Shown piece after piece: positions 26,100 to 33,624 of a stretch of DNA of 33,624 nucleotides. Made by a program: the position numbers and the translations under genes. This stretch comes from an uncultured virus (IMG/VR IMGVR_UViG_3300030330_001767). Lineage: Duplodnaviria > Heunggongvirae > Uroviricota > Caudoviricetes. A model generated the notes under the pieces. It ran no database searches. It was not told the origin of the DNA and was given only the letters and a program-made list of their open reading frames with translations. Every line of letters starts with the position of its first letter. Positions within the stretch are counted from its first letter, which is position 1. The stretch lies in IMG/VR virus record IMGVR_UViG_3300030330_001767. One strand, written 5' to 3'.

Positions 26100-27406
26100 T
26101 GTGAAGCCTCCTTCTTACGGGCAATGTATAGGTTTTCCTTTTCCTTAGTCCATGAATTGAGTTTTGACCTATCTAAACGATAGTTAGGGTTTTCTCCACG
26201 TTTTTCTGCTTCACTCACTTTATCCCTGATAGTGTATATCTGATTAGCAGTTGATACATCATTCATCAACGCCAATGCCCTTGCAGTTAGTTGGTCGCCA
26301 ATACTTGAGTTTCTATGGATGTTATCAATGCAGATTGGGCCATGAATTTTATGACCTTTCCATGTATTACTTCCAACCACTGTTGTTTTATTACCAATCA
26401 TGTAAGTGTTTACATTTTGATGTCCTTGTTTCATACCCTTCCTTTCATCAGTTACAACCCAATCAGCAACTTTGCCTCTAACAAAGAGAGCCTTATTCAA
26501 AGGATTCTTGAATTGAACTAAACTAATCTGAGGATATTCGGCATCCATCTCATGTAGTAGTTGGGTTGCTCTATCTTCAACCATGTTCTGCTTTCTGTTT
26601 TGCATTAACCAAGCGACACATAGTTTTCTTTGGATATCTGTTGGTTCTTGACCCATAAGCAATGTCCATAATTTGTCGGGTGTTGCTCTATACCAAACCT
26701 TAGATTTAGATTGATTATGTCTAAATGTATTCAAGAACACATTCAAATCTTTCAGAGTAATAGCACCCCAAACACCTTCTGATATTTCTAACGCACATTC
26801 ATCATTGCTAATCAACCTTGTATTGATTAACACTTCTTGTTTTGTTCCCTCATGATAGAAATGATATGGAGAACGATTCTCAATAGCATGGAGAACATTA
26901 GGAGGAAAGTGAATCACCTTCTCTATGTAATCATCCATTGTGTCCACATTACGAACAAATGCTCCCCTCATGATTATCTTAGCAAGAGTAACTGCCAAAT
27001 CCTTCTTTGGTATTCTCTTACCATCTATATGGTGTTGAGTTCCCTTTCTACCATATACAATAAAACACTCTCCATCTTTGTATTTGAATCCCAAAGTACA
27101 CATATAATTCTCATTACTTGTTTTTGGAATGAAATTCAATGCAACACTATCAGCAAGTAACTTCTGAACAGGATTATCGTATTTACCGTGTTGTAAAGAT
27201 GGTCTTGATGATTGAAGTGAAAACTCACCAAACTGGTTTAGGTTCTTTGGTTTGTAATATACCTTTCTTTCACCATAAGCAGTGTTTAACATCACTCGAT
27301 GATACAAGGATGTAAAGTGCTTCTTCTGTCCTGTTCTGAACAAGAAACTACTCGTTACCCAACCCTGTTGGTCGCCCACTGATGGGATTCTGTATTTTAT
27401 TTTCAT
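26096..27406 (-). CDS. 436-aa uncharacterised protein; C-terminal GPICIDN motif (candidate E2-like domain)
   Basis: Start MKIKY at 27406 after GGAGG (track 27523); HQNV...GPICIDN...GDQL..RALALMND; ATGA overlap with tfb. The confidence refers to the CDS; the function is speculative. Confidence 0.7.
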   Translation of the reverse strand: MKIKYRIPSVGDQQGWVTSSFLFRTGQKKHFTSLYHRVMLNTAYGERKVYYKPKNLNQFGEFSLQSSRPSLQHGKYDNPVQKLLADSVALNFIPKTSNENYMCTLGFKYKDGECFIVYGRKGTQHHIDGKRIPKKDLAVTLAKIIMRGAFVRNVDTMDDYIEKVIHFPPNVLHAIENRSPYHFYHEGTKQEVLINTRLISNDECALEISEGVWGAITLKDLNVFLNTFRHNQSKSKVWYRATPDKLWTLLMGQEPTDIQRKLCVAWLMQNRKQNMVEDRATQLLHEMDAEYPQISLVQFKNPLNKALFVRGKVADWVVTDERKGMKQGHQNVNTYMIGNKTTVVGSNTWKGHKIHGPICIDNIHRNSSIGDQLTARALALMNDVSTANQIYTIRDKVSEAEKRGENPNYRLDRSKLNSWTKEKENLYIARKKEASQ

Positions 27407-27707
27407 TATTATTTTCCTCCTTTTTCCAATAATCAGTATCACCATAATTGTGATAATACCAACAGTCTCTTTCGACTGCTTCTGCAAGTTCTTCCATTGA
27501 TTTGAAAGTTGAGTGCCCCCCAACTACAATACGTTTCATTCCCCTGTAAAGATAACTGTAAGTGCAGTTACCTTCCTTGAATAGTGAAAACTTGTAATGT
27601 AGTTGTGAAACTTGCGGGACACTGCAACTTTGTTTCATCTTGTTTTCGTAAAATAAGAAATCCTTCTGTTTAATCAGGATATCAGATTTCACAAACTCCA
27701 CCTGCAC
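27348..27707 (-). CDS. Hypothetical protein
   Basis: ORF fills the gap between nrdJ and the 436-aa gene; start uncertain (an ATG at 27638 is possible). Confidence 0.45.
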   Translation of the reverse strand: MQVEFVKSDILIKQKDFLFYENKMKQSCSVPQVSQLHYKFSLFKEGNCTYSYLYRGMKRIVVGGHSTFKSMEELAEAVERDCWYYHNYGDTDYWKKEENNNENKIQNPISGRPTGLGNE

Positions 27708-29574
27708 AGGCTAGTTCGCCTTGTAGGTTGGTGGAGTCCTCGTACTCTTTAACCTCACTCAAATCAATTGAGTGAAGTTTACTAACAAGTACATTATATT
27801 CGTCTTCCGATATCTCTTCCATCGGTGCTTGTTCGTATGTTCCTCCGTCATATGGTAGGAAAGCCATACCGTTGTAGTATTCTCTGTTATTCCAAAGCCA
27901 TTCGGTCACTACTTTCCACTCTGCTTCATGAACATATACTGTTGCTGATACATTGTGAGAATTATTTCCACGAACATGACCATTCTTCACCCATTCTTTT
28001 GAAACTACTTTGATTCTTTCAAGCATACCAATAGCACTTTCATCACTGCGTATGATTGCAGTTTCATCAGGTATCTTTTGTGGAATAGTTAGAACTGCAT
28101 CCCCATATGACATTCTATCATCTTCGATAAGGTCAGGTAGTTTTTCAACAAGATAAGGATATATTGCTTCTCCTTTACCTATACGGATTCTTCTTGCGAA
28201 GTATTCTCCATACCATGCGTGAATACCACTTGATGTGCCTAAAACACAACTTGTTGTTCCGGCAGGTTTGACACAAGTAGTTCTTGCGGCGGAATTGATT
28301 CCTAGACGTTCAGCGAACTCTTGGTTAGTTCCTCTTACTAACTCTGCACCTTTCGACAACCAACTATCTTCTATCTTCTGACTAGCAATACCAGTCATTG
28401 ACACACCGATTAAAGCATCCTTCTCTGTTGTTCTTTTCCATATACCTCTAAGATAGTGGAAGTCAGTGTATGTTGCTTGTAGTGTTCCTAAGAAAGATGC
28501 TGCCTCAACTCTACTGAGGAAGTCTTCTCCCGATTCTACACTTGATACATTTACTTCACAAAGATTGCAGAATTGATATGGTCTAAGAGCAATCTCACAA
28601 CAAGGGTTAGTTCCCCAATCCTTGTCATTAGAGAGATAAATTCCGGGTTCACCACTACCACTCTTTTCTATCTTCTTCATTAATTTCTTGAATGTGTATT
28701 CGTCTATCTTATGACGTAGTAGAACTGCTGAGTTATTCGCCCTACCTCTCTGTGGGTTTAGTTCCCACCAGTTACCTGATTTACATAGAGCCATTTGTTC
28801 ATCATCAGCACTGAATAGGCTGATTAACGCCGCTCTACGAATACCACCTGCTAACACTGAATCAGCAATATGGCAAATCATATCGTGAACTTGTATAGAA
28901 GTCATCTTATGACCATTAGGCATATCTCTCAACATACCTTCAATGATTGTAAGACATATTCTAAGTGGTTCAGGGCCGGGTGCTTTTCCACCGCTTGTTT
29001 TCAGCCTTGCACCTTTTGGTCTTATATCTGAATAATCGAATCTTGGGCTTGCAGTTCTCTTGCCAGTGTAACTGTTGAAAAGAACCTTGATTGCGTCAGC
29101 CCAACCTTCTATTGAATCTTGAATCTTATATCTGTAAGTTCTATCAGATAGTGGTTGTTGAATATGTGGTAGTTTAGCCACATGATGTTTCTGTACTGAA
29201 TAACCTACTCCCGTTCCTCCAAGAAGCAAGAACATTGCCTCACTGAAAGATGTAAGATTATCAATTGGCATGTATGCACAATTGTATATTCTGTTTGGTG
29301 ATAGTTCAACTGGTTTACCTGCAAACTGCATTGAGCGCATTGAAGGTAATACTTTCTTCGGTATTACAAATTCATCATAGACAGAATTTATCATTGCTTC
29401 GATAACAGTTTTGTTAACTTCGGTGAGTGCCATTGTATTGATATGCTTAATGTGCATATCTCGATTTCTGTTACAAATCTCTTCCCAAGTTTCCTTTCTT
29501 TGTTCTTCTTCATTCCATTTTGCGTATTTGGTATTAACCACTATTTCTGATAAAACTTCATTTCCTAATTTCAT
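27682..29574 (-). CDS. nrdJ: Class II (adenosylcobalamin-dependent) ribonucleotide reductase
   Basis: PSMR, YNC, GGTGVG, TNPCCEI, KPAGT and C-terminal CAGGVC; no beta subunit in the window. Start MKLG at 29574; the track start is 29610. Confidence 0.9.
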   Translation of the reverse strand: MKLGNEVLSEIVVNTKYAKWNEEEQRKETWEEICNRNRDMHIKHINTMALTEVNKTVIEAMINSVYDEFVIPKKVLPSMRSMQFAGKPVELSPNRIYNCAYMPIDNLTSFSEAMFLLLGGTGVGYSVQKHHVAKLPHIQQPLSDRTYRYKIQDSIEGWADAIKVLFNSYTGKRTASPRFDYSDIRPKGARLKTSGGKAPGPEPLRICLTIIEGMLRDMPNGHKMTSIQVHDMICHIADSVLAGGIRRAALISLFSADDEQMALCKSGNWWELNPQRGRANNSAVLLRHKIDEYTFKKLMKKIEKSGSGEPGIYLSNDKDWGTNPCCEIALRPYQFCNLCEVNVSSVESGEDFLSRVEAASFLGTLQATYTDFHYLRGIWKRTTEKDALIGVSMTGIASQKIEDSWLSKGAELVRGTNQEFAERLGINSAARTTCVKPAGTTSCVLGTSSGIHAWYGEYFARRIRIGKGEAIYPYLVEKLPDLIEDDRMSYGDAVLTIPQKIPDETAIIRSDESAIGMLERIKVVSKEWVKNGHVRGNNSHNVSATVYVHEAEWKVVTEWLWNNREYYNGMAFLPYDGGTYEQAPMEEISEDEYNVLVSKLHSIDLSEVKEYEDSTNLQGELACAGGVCEI

Positions 29575-29685
29575 TTTCTCTCCCTCTCTTGAGTGTGTTG
29601 AAGAGGGCATCTCACCCTCATGACATCTTTCCCGATGCTAGGATTATGTAGGCTTAACCTGAGCCTAATAATAGTTACCACTCAT

Positions 29686-29696
29686 ACATATAAATA
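29686..29696 (-). promoter_or_regulatory. Candidate archaeal TATA box upstream of nrdJ
   Basis: Minus strand TATTTATATG in the 165-bp gap between the Ubl gene and nrdJ. Confidence 0.35.
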
Positions 29697-29739
29697 CCCA
29701 TGAATGGGTTACGTTGTTCCGACAGTTTACTTGTTAAAT

Positions 29740-29943
29740 TTAACAAGAGCCACCGACAATAGCAGGGACAAGGTTAACAGAATCAACGGTTGACCAATCA
29801 ATGTTTGTCACATTTTCTCGGCTTACCATATCTCCATCAACATACACCCAATGAGTTGGGTGGTCTGCTATCTGTTCAATCATCTCAGCACTGGTAACTT
29901 CCAGTTCTGTGTGGCCTGTTTCATTCAATATTCTCAGTTTCAT
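29740..29943 (-). CDS. Ubiquitin-like (ThiS/MoaD/SAMP-type beta-grasp) protein in pro-form, ending GG-SC
   Basis: 67 aa with VYVDG and D-x-V-x-L-V-PAIVGG, the typical end of ThiS/MoaD/SAMP proteins, plus a 2-residue extension; GAGGT SD. Confidence 0.8.
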   Translation of the reverse strand: MKLRILNETGHTELEVTSAEMIEQIADHPTHWVYVDGDMVSRENVTNIDWSTVDSVNLVPAIVGGSC

Positions 29944-29970
29944 TTTTATTACCTCTGTTTTGTTTTTTGT

Positions 29971-30225
29971 CTACTGTTGTAGTTGTTGTTGAAGAGTCGC
30001 AATCGTCTTGTTGAGTTCTTGAACTCTACCCGAAAGGACATTTATTGTTTGCTCGTAGTGAGCGCACAATGCCATATACTGTTGCAACTGGCTTATTGCC
30101 TGTTGAGCAGTTTGTTGGAGTTGAGCGTTGTTTGATTGCATTGCCGCAAGAACCTCACCCGCATCCACCTCTTCTTCTGTTTGCACTTCTTCTTTTTCTT
30201 CTTTCTTCTTACTCATTTTTTTCAT
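29971..30225 (-). CDS. Gln-rich coiled-coil protein
   Basis: Acidic N-terminus and heptad repeats. Confidence 0.65.
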   Translation of the reverse strand: MKKMSKKKEEKEEVQTEEEVDAGEVLAAMQSNNAQLQQTAQQAISQLQQYMALCAHYEQTINVLSGRVQELNKTIATLQQQLQQ

Positions 30226-31388
30226 CTCCTATCATTTAATAATGCGTCAATAAACTTCGATGCACTCTCTTTTGTTAGTGAGTCTGTTTCTCCTTCATAG
30301 CCAAGTTTCCTCAGATAATTAACTTGCTTCTCAGTAGCAGGTGTCTCCTCCGCAGTATCGGCAGTATTGTCTGTAAAGAGTATACGCTTTAACCATTCGG
30401 ATTGCTTTTCTGTTGGTTCTGCCCCACGAATGAATCTTCTTTTCATATCTCTAAGGAAGTTTCTTTCCCAATGAGTAGAACCATGTTCATGAGCATCGAA
30501 TACTGGTAGACCAAAGTAAAGACACGCTTCAAGGAACTTACGTTCCCTCCAATCTTCTTCCATAAGACCACGAATCTTATCCTTAATTTCCAAATCAAGA
30601 GTCTCTAGGAACTTCTTCCTGTCCTCAACATACTTATCCTCAAGTTCAATCTGCTCCAAATAGTCATCAATTAGTATAGAGAACAAGTCCATGTCTCTCA
30701 GAAGTTTATCATTGGGATAACCTCTTGTGTTGATTTGAGCCTTCTTATTGTCGGGGTGATTCCATCTCCAAACGATAGAAGCCATCTTGTAATCTTCTCT
30801 ACCATACTTACCTGAACCAGTTTTTCTGATGTAGGTTATAGGGCGATATTCCTTCAAGTCATTATCATAGTATTTCTTTCCAGTTGTTCTTACGTTCAAC
30901 CTCAAATCCATATCCTTGATTTCATTGAATAACTCAGTGAAACTATCACCGTTCTCATCCCACCATGCTTCTTTGATTAGAGTTTCAACGGCTTGTTTTT
31001 TCCATTCCTCAATCTTTTCCTCTGTAATAGCGGATAGTGGTATGTTCAAAGTTTCAGCCATGTGTCTGAGAACCATCCAATTGTTGATACAGGTAGAACC
31101 TACAATCTCCAATGTTCCATTCTCAGTGTTCTCAATCTCAAAGTTGTAAACAATATCCTTACCACAAAGACAGTGATGTGGATGGTTACTTGGGTGGTTC
31201 TCGATAATATGTCTATGGGTTCCATAGACTGTCTTACGCCAAACCCTACCAGTTATCCTCCACTCCTTCTTCGCTTCTTCGTAATCGTCTGATACAGACA
31301 AATCAAGAAGCCTTCTTGTTAGTGCCGGATAATGGTGGCTTGTTTCCGCAGTGTTATCTACCATGTGTAAATCAGTTACTCTATTCAT
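30222..31388 (-). CDS. Uncharacterised protein with a CxCG...GSxC Zn-binding domain and C-terminal TEKQ helical repeats
   Basis: HCLCGKDI...VGSTCI; PTEKQSEWLKRI and ATEKQVNYLRKLG...ASKFIDAL. Confidence 0.7.
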   Translation of the reverse strand: MNRVTDLHMVDNTAETSHHYPALTRRLLDLSVSDDYEEAKKEWRITGRVWRKTVYGTHRHIIENHPSNHPHHCLCGKDIVYNFEIENTENGTLEIVGSTCINNWMVLRHMAETLNIPLSAITEEKIEEWKKQAVETLIKEAWWDENGDSFTELFNEIKDMDLRLNVRTTGKKYYDNDLKEYRPITYIRKTGSGKYGREDYKMASIVWRWNHPDNKKAQINTRGYPNDKLLRDMDLFSILIDDYLEQIELEDKYVEDRKKFLETLDLEIKDKIRGLMEEDWRERKFLEACLYFGLPVFDAHEHGSTHWERNFLRDMKRRFIRGAEPTEKQSEWLKRILFTDNTADTAEETPATEKQVNYLRKLGYEGETDSLTKESASKFIDALLNDRR

Positions 31389-31629
31389 TCAAATCCATCC
31401 TTTCATGAAGTCTTTGTTCTCTTAGGTAACTATCAAGAAGCATATCTATCTTCTGAAATAGTGCTTCGGGTAATCCCCCGATAGTTTTCCTGTTTAGAGA
31501 TAGCCAAATCAATTGGTTCTGATTTAGAACTACCTTCACTTTATCTTCATCATTCATTGTTATTACTAAGGGTGGCATTTCATCATCGTTTACCAACCTA
31601 AATTCTACATTACTTTCTTTTTGCATCAT
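31381..31629 (-). CDS. Hypothetical protein
   Basis: 82 aa with GGAGG SD. Confidence 0.65.
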   Translation of the reverse strand: MMQKESNVEFRLVNDDEMPPLVITMNDEDKVKVVLNQNQLIWLSLNRKTIGGLPEALFQKIDMLLDSYLREQRLHERMDLNE

Positions 31630-31725
31630 TTTTATTCCTCCTTATTCATACATCATCTGAGTCGCCGTTAGTTGTCCACTTGAACGGGTTAACTATCTGA
31701 TATACAGTTCCTAATATTCCTAACA

Positions 31726-31938
31726 TTATATTCTTCCTCCTTCATCTATCATTTCTTTTATTATGCCATCCATTGTTACCATGATGACGTGCATTGCGTC
31801 TTCCAAAATCTGTTTCCTTACAGGTTTCAGTTCAGGAAGACCTTCGTATCCTTCTACCATATCATTGAAGCCATTTCTCATCTTATCTATGTTGACTGCA
31901 ATTTGTTCGTAGATATCCAACTTTCTCGGTTCAGGCAT
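31726..31938 (-). CDS. Hypothetical protein
   Basis: ATG at 31938 after GAGG; the track start is 31947. Confidence 0.6.
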   Translation of the reverse strand: MPEPRKLDIYEQIAVNIDKMRNGFNDMVEGYEGLPELKPVRKQILEDAMHVIMVTMDGIIKEMIDEGGRI

Positions 31939-32428
31939 AATCCTCAACCTCAGTGTGTAACTTCTTGAATCTATATCTCATCTTCTCCATGTTCTTTCTT
32001 GTGCAAGCCGTAACAAAGTTCTGACCCCCACGTAGAAAAATAACCAACTTGAAGTATTTCTGCTCTCCTTCTCCTACCTTCTGATTCACGAAAAGGTTGG
32101 CAAGGTTTTCTGTCTCTTTCAATGAAGACCATGTAAAAGCCTGAACGTCATTGAGACTAACTATTCCGTTTATGAATCTAATATACTGCTTATCCGGTTG
32201 TCCCATACCTTCTTCCCGATAGCCTCCGGTAGTAATATTTTCTTCTTCGACAATCCCATGAAGTCGAAAGAACTCTTTTTCTGCGAGACACAAGCAAGGT
32301 TCTTGTTCATGTTCGCCCAATAGAGTTTGAATTACTTTTATTCCTGTTCCTGAACAAATGTTACATTTTTCGGTTTCCACTCTTCTTGAGTTCTCTAGTT
32401 TTTCATTAATTTGTTTATTTCTATTCAT
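31931..32428 (-). CDS. Hypothetical protein with an N-terminal Zn knuckle
   Basis: CNICSGTG...PCLC. Confidence 0.65.
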   Translation of the reverse strand: MNRNKQINEKLENSRRVETEKCNICSGTGIKVIQTLLGEHEQEPCLCLAEKEFFRLHGIVEEENITTGGYREEGMGQPDKQYIRFINGIVSLNDVQAFTWSSLKETENLANLFVNQKVGEGEQKYFKLVIFLRGGQNFVTACTRKNMEKMRYRFKKLHTEVEDYA

Positions 32429-32653
32429 TTTACTACTTCCATTTATTTCTATTACAACAATAATTCAAATAAACTACTTTGTGTAAATTATGTCCAGAGT
32501 ATATCAACTCTGACAGAAAAATAGGCTATTGTCTGAGTTTTTTACAACAAGTTGTTTATTTTGGTCGGGGAGTGATATGCGGGAGAGAGCAACGTCTACT
32601 TTGGGAGAAATCTCACTCATTACCGTAGCAAACCGACACGAATGTTCATTCAA

Positions 32654-33184
32654 TCAACAAACAACCGCCATTTGAGTGTACCACTCAGGTGGATAGTGAG
32701 GCCACTTCCATGAAGCGAACCACTTCTTGTCATGAATGTAATAGGCACGATACTTTTCAACAACTGAAAGGTCATCGAAGTTCTCAACCTTTTGCCTACA
32801 TAGTTGGTTGTGGGATATAGCAACTGCAAAGGGTGTTAGCCCAATGTCAGGAAGCAACTCCTCAACCTTATCGAAAACATCGGAATACTCTTCCAATGTC
32901 TTTGCGACTTTGTGTGTGTTACCAGTATACCAGTAACGTTTTGCGTATGTGTCAAGCAATCCTTCAAGATGGCTTCTCAACCATTGGAAGTTTTGTCTTG
33001 ACTCTCTAGCCCAAATAGTGCAAGGATGGTTTAACATTACAGGGTCATAAGGACTATCCAATCCTAAGTGGTCTGCAATGGTGGACATCATTTGCATTGA
33101 TTCAAGGGGCATCTTCACGGAATGTTTGTCTATTACCAAACTTGCCGCAACTTTCGGGTCTTCATCAAGAATGAATATATTCAA
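32654..33184 (-). CDS. Pyrimidine-dimer DNA glycosylase / endonuclease V-like protein
   Basis: MNIFILD...DKHSVKMPLE..QM...NHPCTIWAR...YRAYY, the pattern of the phage DenV-like family. Confidence 0.75.
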   Translation of the reverse strand: MNIFILDEDPKVAASLVIDKHSVKMPLESMQMMSTIADHLGLDSPYDPVMLNHPCTIWARESRQNFQWLRSHLEGLLDTYAKRYWYTGNTHKVAKTLEEYSDVFDKVEELLPDIGLTPFAVAISHNQLCRQKVENFDDLSVVEKYRAYYIHDKKWFASWKWPHYPPEWYTQMAVVC

Positions 33185-33327
33185 TGTAACACCTCTATTT
33201 GATTTAGCACATACTCAAGTGCCTCAACCCAACCCTCTGTGTCGGGTTCCCAATAATACTCTAAGTCAGCCTTCTTAACTTTCAACATCCCTTCTATCTC
33301 TCCTACTAACTGTGCTAACTTACTCAT
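33181..33327 (-). CDS. 48-aa hypothetical protein (not in ORF track)
   Basis: Hand translation MSKLAQLVGEIEGMLKVKKADLEYYWEPDTEGWVEALEYVLNQIEVLH; overlaps both neighbours. Confidence 0.55.
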   Translation of the reverse strand: MSKLAQLVGEIEGMLKVKKADLEYYWEPDTEGWVEALEYVLNQIEVLH

Positions 33328-33623
33328 TCTTCTTCACCTTCTTGCTCTTTCCATACTCCATCTTCTAAATAGAAGGCTTCGCTTTTAGGGGAGTTTTCAC
33401 CCCATACATACGGCCCTCTTTGAAGTGTCTTAATTTCCTCGCAAAGAAAACACCCACCTTCAATACCACCACATACCCTTTCTTCGTGAAGGGATAAACA
33501 TTCGTCAAAGGAATCCATTCTACAACTCATTATATCAATGACCTTCTCCAACCGCTTGACTTCTGCGAGCAGACCTTCTCCATTTTCATGGAACCAATGA
33601 GCCTTCGCCTCTTCTACACCTTC
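33324..33623 (-). CDS. Hypothetical protein, 5'-truncated by the window edge
   Basis: The frame stays open from the track start at 33551 to the window end (EGVEEAKAHWFHENGEGLLAEVKRLEKVID...). Confidence 0.55.
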   Translation of the reverse strand, partial: EGVEEAKAHWFHENGEGLLAEVKRLEKVIDIMSCRMDSFDECLSLHEERVCGGIEGGCFLCEEIKTLQRGPYVWGENSPKSEAFYLEDGVWKEQEGEEE

Positions 33624-33624
33624 T

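Larger units (their letters stand above)
1..33624. mobile_element. Tailed archaeal virus genome segment, magrovirus-like (probable Poseidoniales host)
   Basis: Archaeal-type replisome and TFB packed with many small unknown ORFs and a tail chaperone; no cellular housekeeping operons; GGTGA/GGAGG SD sites. Confidence 0.8.

Noticed and set aside
32559..32640. tRNA gene (the minus strand ends ...CCGACCA)
   Set aside because: No TTCRA T-loop, and the acceptor stem would be only 5 bp.
830..33278. Plus-strand ORFs in the track other than 18..314 (e.g. 830-1162, 20931-21338, 22714-23112, 23998-24426)
   Set aside because: They are antisense shadows of well-supported minus-strand genes and carry no recognisable motifs.

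Overview
A 33.6 kb fragment of a tailed archaeal virus genome. Its gene content matches magroviruses, the viruses of Marine Group II Euryarchaeota (Poseidoniales); this assignment is inferred from gene content, not from a database search. One tail-assembly-chaperone-like gene lies on the + strand at the left edge. The rest is a densely packed, translationally coupled - strand block with GGAGG/GGTGA Shine-Dalgarno (SD) sites, ending at a hairpin plus oligo-U near 767-814. From about 1 to 20.4 kb the block encodes a near-complete archaeal-type replisome: DEDD exonuclease, MCM-like helicase, ERCC4 nuclease, fused PriS-PriL primase, Cas4-like nuclease, family B polymerase split into two genes, PCNA, Sak4/RadA-like ATPase, RPA-like protein, RFC small and degenerate large subunits, ATP-dependent ligase and a PC4-like protein. 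From about 20.4 to 33.6 kb it holds small accessory genes, TFB, a class II ribonucleotide reductase and a DenV-like glycosylase. The most notable signal is an apparent virus-encoded ubiquitin-like system: a 67-aa beta-grasp-like protein ending GG-SC, a ThiF/E1 enzyme, a JAB/JAMM peptidase, and a 436-aa protein with an E2-like GxIC motif that is coupled through tfb to the E1 gene. Several micro-ORFs missing from the ORF track were read by hand, including one that reproduces the P-loop of the viral helicase.
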